A stretch of DNA of 64,000 bases from Chloroflexia bacterium (GTDB taxonomy: Bacteria; Chloroflexota; Chloroflexia; Thermomicrobiales; CFX8): the NCBI GenBank assembly GCA_030431755.1, contig JAUIIK010000006.1, positions 4,061 to 68,060 on the forward strand, in the 5' to 3' direction. Below, piece after piece: positions 45,227-54,646 of the stretch; the first letter of the stretch is position 1; every line of letters begins with the position of its first letter. The translations under genes and the position numbers were made by a program. The notes beneath the pieces were generated by a model, which saw only the letters and a program-made list of their open reading frames with translations, searched no databases and was not told where the DNA came from.

Positions 45227-47155
45227 ATGCTCGATCAAACACTGAGGTCGATTGTCGCGACAGTCGCGGCCGGCTCCGGCGTGCAGGTGCGTCCCGCCGT
45301 CGATCTCGCGCCCGCTGAGGCATCCAAGGCGCGCGCTGCGCTGTCCGGCAACCTCGGGTTGTGCCTGGGCGTCGACCTCGGTGGAGGACGGTATCTCACC
45401 GTGGCCTGGGGCACTGGCGACGTTGAGTTTCTGCTTGCCGGTCCGTATCTCCGCGATCACATGGTGAGTTCCGGGGCGAATCCGCAGCTGGATAGCGACG
45501 CCGAAGCGCGGCTCAGTCGGGCTCTAGAGGCAGCAGCCGGCGGGCTGCGGGAGATCGCTGGCGCACCGCGCCGCCTGTTGGATTCGTCGCGTCAGATCGA
45601 GATACTGAGCAGCGCCGTCATCGCCATCAGCGGCGAGCTCCAGCTCGACGCCGTTCTACGGGCGATCACGGAGCTGGCGCGGACGTTCGCGGCCGCAAAG
45701 TACGCGGCGCTGGGTGTGCCGGATGCCAGCGGACGACTTGAAACTTTCATTACTGACGGCATGGCACATAGTGACATCGAGAAGATTGGCCGGCTGCCGG
45801 TCGGACGTGGCTTGCTCGGGACACTGCTGAGGGGCCATGGCCCGATCCGGCTCGACGATCTAGCGGCTCACCCGGATGCCATTGGGTTCCCCGAGCATCA
45901 CCCGCCGATGAGGACATTTCTCGGCGTGCCAATTGTCTCGCGCGCTGGTGAAGTGATCGGCAGTCTTTATCTGACTGAGAAGCAGACGGCGGGCGGTTTC
46001 ACGGTCGAGGATGAGCAGCTGATCGAGCTGCTTGCCCGGCACGCGGCGGTGGCGATTGAGAATGCGCGGCTCTACCAGCTGTTGGCCGCGGATGAGCGCC
46101 GCCTGCACCAGATTCTTGACGAGCTACCCGAAGGCGTGATGCTGCTCGAGCCCGCGCCAAACCGGGTCGTCGTGATGAACCAGCACGCTCGCAACTTGCT
46201 GGACTTGCGGCCGCAGCTGCCACTCGCGCTCGATGGCCTGTGCGCGGAGTGCGAGTTCTACGACGCCAGCAACCGACGTCTGCCGATCGAGGCGACCGCC
46301 TTCGCCCGCTCACTTATCACCGGCGAACCGGCGGCGCGGGAGGAACTCTCAGTTGTTACACCTTCCGGTGTCCGCCGCACATTGCTCGTCAATAGCGCGC
46401 CGATTCAGCTCGATGACACGTCCGGCGCGCACATCTGCGTCTTCCAGGACATCACCGCCATTCGCGACGCAGACATGCTGAAGGATGACTTCCTCTCGCT
46501 TGTCTCGCACGAGCTGCGCACGCCGCTCACGACGATCCACGGTGGGGCGCAGCTCCTTGTGAGCGAAGGCGAGCGCCTGGACCCAGGCGTCCGTAGCGAA
46601 CTACTCGCCGACATCCATCAGGAAAGCGCCCGGCTCGCGGCATTGATTCAAAACATGGTCCAGTTGACCCATATCCGTGCTGGCCGGGTCGCTTTCGAGC
46701 CGGAGCCGGTGCTGCTTCGCATGCTCGCGCAGCGGTGCGTTCGCGACCTGGCCGAGCTTGATCCTGAGCGGGAGATGCGTGTCGATGTCGCGCCGGATGC
46801 TGTAGCGATGGCGGACGCAGACCGGGTCGATGAGATGCTGCGGAATGTGCTCCACAATGCGCTGAAGTACACGCCGCCCGGCACGCTGATCGAGGTCGTT
46901 GGCCGGGTCGACGGTGACAGCGTCAAGTTGGTCGTGCGAGATCACGGGCCGGGCATACCGGAGCGCGATCTGGCGCATGTGTTCGATCGTTTCGAGCGCG
47001 GATCGCAAGCAGCGTCTGGGACGGCGGGCATGGGCATCGGACTCTATCTCGTCCGGCTTCTCGTCGAGGCGCAGGGCGGAACTGTCTCAATTGAGCTTCC
47101 GGACGACGGTGGCACCAGCGTGATCTTCACGCTGCCCCGAGCGGTCGGAGAATAA
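45227..47155 (+). CDS. Cytoplasmic sensor histidine kinase (GAF-PAS-HisKA-HATPase_c)
   Basis: GAF block (FLGVPIVSRAGEVIGSLYLTEK), H-box FLSLVSHELRTPLT, and N/G boxes (NALKYTP, DHGPGIP, GMGIGL). No TM segments. Confidence 0.9.
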   Translation: MLDQTLRSIVATVAAGSGVQVRPAVDLAPAEASKARAALSGNLGLCLGVDLGGGRYLTVAWGTGDVEFLLAGPYLRDHMVSSGANPQLDSDAEARLSRALEAAAGGLREIAGAPRRLLDSSRQIEILSSAVIAISGELQLDAVLRAITELARTFAAAKYAALGVPDASGRLETFITDGMAHSDIEKIGRLPVGRGLLGTLLRGHGPIRLDDLAAHPDAIGFPEHHPPMRTFLGVPIVSRAGEVIGSLYLTEKQTAGGFTVEDEQLIELLARHAAVAIENARLYQLLAADERRLHQILDELPEGVMLLEPAPNRVVVMNQHARNLLDLRPQLPLALDGLCAECEFYDASNRRLPIEATAFARSLITGEPAAREELSVVTPSGVRRTLLVNSAPIQLDDTSGAHICVFQDITAIRDADMLKDDFLSLVSHELRTPLTTIHGGAQLLVSEGERLDPGVRSELLADIHQESARLAALIQNMVQLTHIRAGRVAFEPEPVLLRMLAQRCVRDLAELDPEREMRVDVAPDAVAMADADRVDEMLRNVLHNALKYTPPGTLIEVVGRVDGDSVKLVVRDHGPGIPERDLAHVFDRFERGSQAASGTAGMGIGLYLVRLLVEAQGGTVSIELPDDGGTSVIFTLPRAVGE

Positions 47156-47389
47156 TGTTGCGTTGCTGTAACGGCGTTGCGCCGTAGCTTGATGCAGATT
47201 TAACGGTGGGCAGCGTAATGTGGTTAGTGGCGGGAGTCGCTGGATGGCCGCCCCCGACGGCCGGAGCGCCGGCTCCTCGCCCGGTGTATCCCCTGTACCC
47301 GTGTTTGCGAGCCGCTGTCACCCCGGCAGCGGCTCGTGCTATTGGTTGTCGTGGACGGTAGCTCTACGCACTCTGGGAGGATGAAGACG

Positions 47390-48304
47390 ATGCAACCGAC
47401 AGTTATTGTGCCTTTGGACACCTCGCCTGAAGCCGAGATCGCGTTGCCGGTTGCCGCGGCGCTCGCGCGCCATGCGAACGGGATGCTGCTGCTTGTGTCG
47501 GTGATTGAAGCGCCCTCGGAATTTGGTGTTTGGCTTCACGCCGAGGAAACGATCGACGCCTGGGTCGACCACCACATCGACGTCGATCAGTACCTGACGC
47601 GCAAGGCCGAGGGCATCGACGGCGTACCGGTTGACACGCTGGTCTCCACCGGCAATCCGTCGGTCGAGATCAATACCATCGCCGCCGAGCAAGCTGAGCC
47701 GGTGATCGTGATGGGCAGCCACGCCCGGACCGGTATATCCCGCGTCTCGGTCGGCAGCGTCGCGGCATCGGTCATCCACGACGCGCGTTGCCCGGTGATT
47801 GTTGCCCGCGAGCCAGACGATAAGGACGGCGGAGCAGCGCTGTCTGGATCGGTCAGCCGGTTGCTCGTGGCGCTCGATGGATCCGAATTCGCTGAACGGG
47901 CGCTGTCGGCGGCCCAGGCGACGCTTGACGGGTCCGGCCTGGAGCTTCACCTCCTGCGCGTCGTCGAGACGACGAAGTGGTACGGCACGACGGTCATGGA
48001 GATCGACTACGCAGCGCTGTCGACCTACATCGAGGTCGAGCAGGAAGCGGCCGAGGCGTATCTTGACGCTCAGGCCAAGGCCTTGGAAGCTGCCGGGCAC
48101 ACCGTCACCTGGGAGATACAGTCCGGGTCGGTTGCCGATCACATCACCGCGGCTGCAAAGGAGTTCGACGCAGGCATGATTGTCATGTCGACGCACGGGC
48201 GGTCAGGCTTGGGCAGAATCCTGATGGGCTCGGTCGCCGAGCGGGTGATCCATGACGCTGATCGACCGGTGCTGCTGGTCAATCCAAACGCAATGCACGA
48301 CTAG
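47390..48304 (+). CDS. Tandem-domain universal stress protein (UspA family)
   Basis: Two Usp domains, each ending in the G.HG/R.G......GSV motif (MGSHARTGISRVSVGSVA; MSTHGRSGLGRILMGSVA). ATG 47390 lies 9 nt after GGGAGG. Confidence 0.85.
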   Translation: MQPTVIVPLDTSPEAEIALPVAAALARHANGMLLLVSVIEAPSEFGVWLHAEETIDAWVDHHIDVDQYLTRKAEGIDGVPVDTLVSTGNPSVEINTIAAEQAEPVIVMGSHARTGISRVSVGSVAASVIHDARCPVIVAREPDDKDGGAALSGSVSRLLVALDGSEFAERALSAAQATLDGSGLELHLLRVVETTKWYGTTVMEIDYAALSTYIEVEQEAAEAYLDAQAKALEAAGHTVTWEIQSGSVADHITAAAKEFDAGMIVMSTHGRSGLGRILMGSVAERVIHDADRPVLLVNPNAMHD

Positions 48305-49644
48305 CGGCGCCCGCGACGCTCCAACCTGCGCCGAACCGCGGCGGCGTGGGCTGTCAGACCCTCGGCTTCGGCGACACGGATGGCAGGTGGCCCGACGACA
48401 TCGAGCGTGTCCGGCGCGAGGCCGATGACTGAGATCACCTTGACGAAGTCCAGCATGTTGACCGGCGAAGAGAAGCGCGCCGTCCGACCAGTCGGCATGA
48501 CATGGCTGGGTCCTGCTGTGTAATCGCCGATCACCTCGGGCGAATCCTCGCCGAGGAAGATGCCGCCGGCATGCCGGACCTTGCCGATCTGCGACCACGG
48601 ATCGTCTATGAGCAAGCAGAGATGTTCGGGCGCATAGTCATTCGCGATGTCGAAGGCGGCGCTCAGATCGGGCACGACGACAATTGCGCCGTTGCGGTCG
48701 AGCGACTCGCTGGCGATCTCCGCGCGCGACAGGTGTTCGAGCTGCTCTTCGATCTGGGCCTCGACCGCTCGTGCTAGTTCGTCGGAAGTAGTCAGGAGAA
48801 TCGCGCTGGCCATTGGATCATGCTCCGCCTGGGCCAGCAGGTCAGCCGTCGTCAACTCCGGATCGGCGCTATCGTCGGCGATCAGGACCGTCTCGGTCGG
48901 TCCTGGCAGTGAGTCGATGTCGACCTCGCCATAGACGCGCCGCTTTGCCAGCACGACGAAGATGTTGCCTGGTCCGAGGATCTTGTCGACCTTTGGAACC
49001 GACGTGGTTCCATATGCCATTGCGCCGATGGCCTGGGCGCCACCAAGCTTGTAGACAGCAGTAACGCCGGCAATCTCGGCTGCAACGAGCGTCACGGCGG
49101 CTACCCGACCGTCCCGTTCCGGCGGAGCGCAGACGATGATCTCGCCGACTCCAGCAACACTGGCCGGCACCGCGGTCATGAGCAGTGACGAGGGATAAGG
49201 GGCGGTCCCGCCAGGCGCGTAGACGCCGATGCGGTCGAGCGGCCGGACAATCTGTCCAAGCGTGCCTTCGGGCCGTGGATCGATCCAACTCCCGATGTGC
49301 TGGCGCTCGTGGAAGGCCCGGATGCGGTCGGCGCTGAACTGTAGCGCCTCACGCATTTCTGGAGGGACCTCCGCGCGCGCCTCGTCGAATTCGCCGGCGC
49401 TGACCCGGATATCTTCAAGGTCGACCTGATCGATTGCGGAGGTGTAGTGGCGCAGGGCAGCGTCGCCGGAGGCGCGGACATCCGCAAGAATGCGGTCGAC
49501 AACCTGCTCGGCTGTCAGGTCCTCCCCAAAGACGGAGCGCACGCCGTCACGCATGCGCGGCGACAGCTCGGTTTGGCCCATGTTCCGGTTGCTCAAGATG
49601 AAGGCGCGTCCCGCCTCATGATCGCGGAAGACTCTAACTGCCAT
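48301..49644 (-). CDS. hisD: Histidinol dehydrogenase
   Basis: SGDAALRHYT, GIYAPGGTAPYPSSLLM, GGAQAIGAMAYGT, QAEHD. Overlaps the hisG stop by 11 nt. Confidence 0.95.
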   Translation of the reverse strand: MAVRVFRDHEAGRAFILSNRNMGQTELSPRMRDGVRSVFGEDLTAEQVVDRILADVRASGDAALRHYTSAIDQVDLEDIRVSAGEFDEARAEVPPEMREALQFSADRIRAFHERQHIGSWIDPRPEGTLGQIVRPLDRIGVYAPGGTAPYPSSLLMTAVPASVAGVGEIIVCAPPERDGRVAAVTLVAAEIAGVTAVYKLGGAQAIGAMAYGTTSVPKVDKILGPGNIFVVLAKRRVYGEVDIDSLPGPTETVLIADDSADPELTTADLLAQAEHDPMASAILLTTSDELARAVEAQIEEQLEHLSRAEIASESLDRNGAIVVVPDLSAAFDIANDYAPEHLCLLIDDPWSQIGKVRHAGGIFLGEDSPEVIGDYTAGPSHVMPTGRTARFSSPVNMLDFVKVISVIGLAPDTLDVVGPPAIRVAEAEGLTAHAAAVRRRLERRGRR

Positions 49645-50674
49645 AGCTCATTCCGGTCTCCTGGCACGCCGCATCTCGCAGCGTCGCGAATGCTTGTGAC
49701 TCGGCGGCGAACATATAGTCGGGGGTGCTAACGGTGATCCCGGTCGAGCCGACACTGCGGAGGTGATCGACGGCCTCGAGGAGATGACCTTCCGAGACGA
49801 TGACCGTCACAGCGAACCAGCGGCGGTCAGTTGGCCCCTTCGCGAAAACCGGCGCAATAGTCGGGCCGCGTTCGCCGGCGAGGTCGAGGTTGGAGATGAC
49901 ATGCCTGGCGATCTCGTCCTCACTGTTCCCGGGGACGTTCGCGGTGATGACCCTGTAGCGCCGGGCAGCGCGTTTGGCCTCACAATACTCAATGAAGGTG
50001 CGCGCCATCTGCAGACGCTCAGGTGATTGCCCAACCGTCCCCCGGCTCGCGATCAAACATGCCTGGGCTTTGAGGAGCGTGCCGCCGTCGACGATTCTCA
50101 GGTGATTATCACGGAGCGTTACACCGGTCTGGCTAAGGTCGACGATAACGTCGGCGTAGCCCAGCGCAGGCGCGGCTTCGATTGCGCCGGTCGCGCCTAC
50201 CAGCGAGAAATAGTTGACGCCGTGGCGGTAGAGAAACTCGGTCGTGAGGTTCGGAAACTTCGTGGCCACGCGCAGGTCGCGTCCGGCGCGCTTGAAGGCG
50301 ATGGAAAGCTCGGCGAGATCATCGATGGTCTGTATGTCCAGCCAGTAGTCCGGGATTGCCAGCACCAGCTCGCACCGACGATAGCCGAGATCGAGGATCG
50401 TGACGTGGATGTTCGGCTCATCGTAGCCATGCTCGGAGACGAGGTCGTAGCCGGTGATGCCGAGATCAACGCTACCGTCAGCGACCTTGTGGACGATGTC
50501 CTCGGGGCGCTGGAAGAGCACTTCTGAACCGGGCACCGTCGGAATGCGTCCAACGTACTGGCGCGGATTGGGCCGCCAGACGCTGAGACCGGCGCTGGAG
50601 AGGAAGCGATCCGTCTCTTCCTGATAGGTCCCCTTGCTTGCGAGCGCGATGCGGAGAGTTGTCTGGGCGCTCAT
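49634..50674 (-). CDS. hisG: ATP phosphoribosyltransferase, long form with C-terminal regulatory domain
   Basis: LRIALASKG...DLGITGYDL...VATKFPN...DLSQTGVTLR. C-terminal ~100 aa (GPTIAPVF...WFAVTVIVSEGHLLEAVDHLRSVGSTGITV) is HisG_C-like. ATGA overlap with the upstream gene. Confidence 0.9.
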   Translation of the reverse strand: MSAQTTLRIALASKGTYQEETDRFLSSAGLSVWRPNPRQYVGRIPTVPGSEVLFQRPEDIVHKVADGSVDLGITGYDLVSEHGYDEPNIHVTILDLGYRRCELVLAIPDYWLDIQTIDDLAELSIAFKRAGRDLRVATKFPNLTTEFLYRHGVNYFSLVGATGAIEAAPALGYADVIVDLSQTGVTLRDNHLRIVDGGTLLKAQACLIASRGTVGQSPERLQMARTFIEYCEAKRAARRYRVITANVPGNSEDEIARHVISNLDLAGERGPTIAPVFAKGPTDRRWFAVTVIVSEGHLLEAVDHLRSVGSTGITVSTPDYMFAAESQAFATLRDAACQETGMSYGS

Positions 50675-52134
50675 GTCATCACCTGCCCTGGGTCCAGCGC
50701 CTCAGTGGTGCTGACTTCCTGCCCGTCTCGACAACGATAGATGGTCGTCGTCCCGTTCGCTACCGATGCTGTCGCGGCGAAGCCATTGCGGCTCGCCCAG
50801 CGGCGGGCGGAGCTTTCGCTGCGGCCACGGGTTTCGATCTCCGCGATCCAGCCCGCGGCACGCAAGCCGCGCGCGAGCTCGAATGCGACGGCTGCATCTT
50901 CGCCTGAAAGGATCAGAATGCGGTGTTGGATGGCTGTGTCAGGAGGTTCCGGCGCGGCCATCAGCAAGCGGTCCAAGCCGATTGAGAAACCGGCAGATTG
51001 GATCTGATTGCGCGCGCCCAGCTGTCGCGCAAGGTCATCGTAGCGACCGCCTCCGGCAATCTGGAGTCCGTTGATGTTTCCGGCATAGATTTCGAAGAGC
51101 ATGCCCGTGTAGTAACGCAGGCCACGGCCCAGGCCGAGGTCGATGTGGATGTCGTCGGTGTCGATGCCTGAGCTCGCAAGGATGCGCGTGATCTCGGCTA
51201 GCTCGTCAATCGGCGCGACATCGAGGTTGCGTGAGGTGACAAGCGCTCGCAGGCGCGCAAGGGCGGTGTCTGGCGGACCCGCCGAGGCAATCAATGCTTC
51301 GACAAACCCCACCGCGTCAATGAGGACATCACGGTCATTCTGCCGGCGGCCTTTGTCAAAGAGCCCATCGACAATCTCCTCGGCTGTCCGGGTACCTGCC
51401 TCGAACTCGACGCCTGACTTGCGGAGCAGGTCGACGACGGCATCACGGTCGAGGCTGTCTAGCTTGAGTGGATCACTCTGCTCCGCTTCTGAGTGGACCA
51501 GGTGCGACGGAATCTCGGTAGCGCCCGGCTCATTGCGCCGAATGCGCTCCATGCTCCAGATGAGCCAGTCCTGTGTGCGGTGATCGAGCTCCAGCTGATC
51601 GAGGAAGCCGATCACGACGCCGATATGCCCGAGCACGAGTCGCGGGCGCGGGACTCCGGCGGCCTCGACGCAGGCGAGCGCAACGAGAATCGTCTCGGCG
51701 TCCGCGAGGAGTCCTTCCGCACCGATGAGCTCGCAACCGAATTCCTGGAACTGGCGCGACCGCCCTGCTTGCGGGCTCTCATAGCGAAAGACGGGACCAC
51801 TGTAGCTGAGGCGGATAGGCAGCGCCGCGGATTGCAGCGTATCCACATAGACTCGCATCACGGACGCGGTGTGCTCCGGCCGTAGAGCGAGATCGCGGCC
51901 CCGAAAGTTGAATTGATAGGTCTGCGCCAGCCGTTCGCCACCCAGCTTGCGGGCGAACAGTTCCGCGTGTTCGACGACCGGCGTCTCCAGACGCCGATAG
52001 CCATGCCGCGCAACAAGCGCGGTCAAGTCGTCTTCGATCCGCCGGAGTGACGCCCACCCGTCGGGCAGGCGGTCATATGTCCCGCGCGGCCTGTCTACCG
52101 GCTGGCTTGAGCCGGCTATTGCTGAACGATCGAT
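50671..52134 (-). CDS. Histidyl-tRNA-synthetase-like protein (HisZ regulatory subunit or a true HisS); start codon unresolved
   Basis: Class II motifs FRYESPQAGRSRQFQEFGCE and AGGGRYDDL, plus RGLRYYTG and an anticodon-binding-like C-terminus. The conserved PRGTYDRLPDGW lies upstream of the first canonical start (TTG 52026). The 5' end is set at ATC 52134, 5 nt after GAGGGAG. Confidence 0.75.
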   Translation of the reverse strand: MDRSAIAGSSQPVDRPRGTYDRLPDGWASLRRIEDDLTALVARHGYRRLETPVVEHAELFARKLGGERLAQTYQFNFRGRDLALRPEHTASVMRVYVDTLQSAALPIRLSYSGPVFRYESPQAGRSRQFQEFGCELIGAEGLLADAETILVALACVEAAGVPRPRLVLGHIGVVIGFLDQLELDHRTQDWLIWSMERIRRNEPGATEIPSHLVHSEAEQSDPLKLDSLDRDAVVDLLRKSGVEFEAGTRTAEEIVDGLFDKGRRQNDRDVLIDAVGFVEALIASAGPPDTALARLRALVTSRNLDVAPIDELAEITRILASSGIDTDDIHIDLGLGRGLRYYTGMLFEIYAGNINGLQIAGGGRYDDLARQLGARNQIQSAGFSIGLDRLLMAAPEPPDTAIQHRILILSGEDAAVAFELARGLRAAGWIAEIETRGRSESSARRWASRNGFAATASVANGTTTIYRCRDGQEVSTTEALDPGQVMT

Positions 52135-52182
52135 GGTTGCTCCCTCGTCTGAAGCGCTAGCCCCCGCTTCAACTGTAGTTTG

Positions 52183-54636
52183 CTACGTTCGCAGCGTCCC
52201 GCCAACCTCACGGCCGACGGCGCGCTCGATACGATCCCGTGCCCGCTCGATCTCATGCTCGGCCGGCTGGCGGTCTGGTGCGGCGAATGTGACGCGGTAG
52301 GCGAGGCTCTTCGTGCCCGCGTCGACGTTCTCGCCACGGTAGATGTCGAAGAGCGTGATCTCGGTGGCCAGCGGGCCCGCGCCCTTTTGGAGCGCGGCCT
52401 GGACGGTGGCCGCCGGGGTCGCTTCTTCCACGGCAACAGCGAAGTCCTGTTGGATCGGCTGATGCCGGCCCACCGGCTGGACATTCCAGGGCGCGTTGAA
52501 GCGTTCGGCGAAGACGACAAGGTCAATCTCAGCGACGGCAACACGCTGCTCGATGCCGAAATGCGCCGCCACACGCGGGTGTAGCTCGCCAAGGACGCCG
52601 ATCTGCACGCCGTCCAATTCGACGGCGGCGGCGCGGCCGGGGTGCAGCGATGGATGTTCGACCGCTGTGAAGGTCGCAGCGTCGCCGCCGAGCCGGGTCA
52701 GCAGGTGCTCGACCGCGCCTTTGACGTCCAGGAAGTCCATGGCGTCCGGCTCGTTGGTTTCCACGCCGAAGGCTTGCCGCTCGCCGGACATGGCTAGCAC
52801 CACGGCGCGGCGCTCGTCCGGCAGCTCGTCGAGCGCATTGGGCTGGTAGGTCCTGGCCGTTTCGAAGAGCCGGACGCTCGGGCTGTACTTCAGGTTCTCG
52901 GCGACGATCTTCAGAATCGACGGCAACATCGTTGGCCGCATCAGCACCCAGTCCGAGCGCAGCGGATTCGTTGCGCGTACCAGCGCTTCCTCCGGCCTAG
53001 CGTAGCCGCCGTAGAGATCGGGCAATTCGTTGCCGTCTGGTGACAGCGCCAGCAGATCGTCCTCGTTGATCATTGTGTAGGTCTGCGCTTGGAACAGGCC
53101 GGCTTCGACCAAGGCATTCTGAGCGATCTGGTCGACCAACCGCTCGTTGGATCGGGAGACCGGCACGGCGGTCCCGGTGATGAGCGTCTCCGGCACATGC
53201 TCGTAGCCGTGAATGCGAATGACCTCCTCGACGAGGTCGGCGGCAATGTTGATGTCGTTGCGGTAGGTCGGCGCGCTCGTCTTGATGACCGTTGTGCCGC
53301 TTTCGTCGACAACCTCGGGCTGGAGGTCGAGCCGTTCGAAGATCTCGACGACGCGCTCAACCGGCACGGTCATGCCGAGCAGCCGCTCGATCTCGGTGTA
53401 TCTCATAGCGACGGGCCGGCGTTCGCGCGGACGCAAGAACTTATCCGCGAAAGCCACGGATCGCGCTTCAGGGTCGATCACGCGCACGAGCTCGGCAATC
53501 CTGGCGGCGGCGACCGACGCGCCATTCGGGTCGATGTCGCGGCCGAAGCGCGCACCGGCATCGGAGGTCAGCCGTAGCTGACGGCTCGTGCGGCGGACGG
53601 AGTTCGCCTCGAACCAGGCCGACTCAAGCAGGACCCGGCTGGTGTCGTCGGACACCTCGGTGTCAACGCCGCCCATGATCCCGGCCACAGCAACCGCGCG
53701 TTCTGTGTCTGCGATGACCAGCGTCTCGCCATCGAGCTCGCGTGCGACGTGGTCGATTGTCGTGAGCGTCTCTCCGGGTGCAGCCAGGCGGACGATGATC
53801 TCGTCGCTGGCGAGCTTGTCGGCGTCGAAGGGATGCGTTGGATGGCCGAGCTCGAGCATGACGTAGTTCGAGATGTCGACGTAGTTGTTGATCGGCCGGA
53901 GCCCGGCAGCGATCAAGCGCCGTTGCAGCCAGTCGGGTGACGGTTCGATTGTGACGTTCTCAAAGAGCGTGTAAGTGAAACGGCCGCAATGCTCCGGCGC
54001 TGCGATCTCGACGTGGTCGTCACGGCGTTCGAGCGCCTCGACATCGACAAGCTCTGGCTCGCGCGCTTGTTCGTTGAGAATCGCGGCGAGCTCGCGAGCG
54101 ATGCCACTGATCGAGAAGGCGTGGACGAGGTTCGGGGTGATCTCGAATTCGATCACCTCGTCGCCGAGGTAGTCGGCCAGCGGCACGCCGACCGGCGCGT
54201 CGTCAGCGAGGACGAGAATGCCTTCGTGCTCGTCCGATAGCCCGAGTTCCTTTTCCGAACAGACCATGCCTTCGGAGCGGACGCCCCGGATCGTGCTCGG
54301 CTTCAAAGTGCGGTACTTGAGCTCTTCCGAGTAGCCGTCGATCAGGCGCGCTCCGGCGAGAGCGAGGACGACCTTCTGGCCGGCGGCGATGTTCGGCGCG
54401 CCAGTGACAACCCGCAGCTCATGCTCGCCTGCGGCAATCGTCGGCAGCACCAGCCGGTCGGCATCCGGGTGCGGTTCGACGTTGACAACTTCGCCGACGA
54501 AGACGTTGTCCCAATCTTCGCCTATGCGCTCGATGTTCTCGGCTTCGAGACCGGCCATCGTCATGCGCCGGGCAATCTCGGCCGCGCTCAGGTCGGTCTC
54601 GACGAACTCCTTCAACCACTTGACGGGAACCTTCAT
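52183..54636 (-). CDS. pheT: Phenylalanine--tRNA ligase beta subunit
   Basis: 817 aa. MKVPVKWLKEFV... tRNA-binding, B3/4, B5 and FDX-ACB-like C-terminal regions. Confidence 0.95.
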   Translation of the reverse strand: MKVPVKWLKEFVETDLSAAEIARRMTMAGLEAENIERIGEDWDNVFVGEVVNVEPHPDADRLVLPTIAAGEHELRVVTGAPNIAAGQKVVLALAGARLIDGYSEELKYRTLKPSTIRGVRSEGMVCSEKELGLSDEHEGILVLADDAPVGVPLADYLGDEVIEFEITPNLVHAFSISGIARELAAILNEQAREPELVDVEALERRDDHVEIAAPEHCGRFTYTLFENVTIEPSPDWLQRRLIAAGLRPINNYVDISNYVMLELGHPTHPFDADKLASDEIIVRLAAPGETLTTIDHVARELDGETLVIADTERAVAVAGIMGGVDTEVSDDTSRVLLESAWFEANSVRRTSRQLRLTSDAGARFGRDIDPNGASVAAARIAELVRVIDPEARSVAFADKFLRPRERRPVAMRYTEIERLLGMTVPVERVVEIFERLDLQPEVVDESGTTVIKTSAPTYRNDINIAADLVEEVIRIHGYEHVPETLITGTAVPVSRSNERLVDQIAQNALVEAGLFQAQTYTMINEDDLLALSPDGNELPDLYGGYARPEEALVRATNPLRSDWVLMRPTMLPSILKIVAENLKYSPSVRLFETARTYQPNALDELPDERRAVVLAMSGERQAFGVETNEPDAMDFLDVKGAVEHLLTRLGGDAATFTAVEHPSLHPGRAAAVELDGVQIGVLGELHPRVAAHFGIEQRVAVAEIDLVVFAERFNAPWNVQPVGRHQPIQQDFAVAVEEATPAATVQAALQKGAGPLATEITLFDIYRGENVDAGTKSLAYRVTFAAPDRQPAEHEIERARDRIERAVGREVGGTLRT

Positions 54637-54646
54637 CGTGACCTCC

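Noticed and set aside
47179-47260. tRNA-like 5' sequence gcgccgtagctt in the HK-USP intergenic region
   Set aside because: No matching acceptor 3' strand, anticodon stem or GTTCGAATC-type T-loop could be found downstream, so it is not a tRNA gene.
52023-52076. 17-codon upstream ORF (ATG 52076 ... TGA overlapping TTG 52026) as a reinitiation device, or a CC/CCC indel restoring an ATG start (MTRLPDGW)
   Set aside because: Both scenarios would exclude the in-frame conserved PRGTYD segment encoded upstream of the ATG. That segment's conservation argues the main frame is already being translated there.
52183-52185. Read-through of the pheT TAG producing a PheT-HisRS-like fusion (the two genes are in the same frame with no intervening stop)
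   Set aside because: A strong SD (GAGGGAG) sits in the spacer, and a 1300-aa fusion has no precedent known to me. Independent initiation, possibly at ATC 52134, is far more likely. Kept only as a remote alternative.
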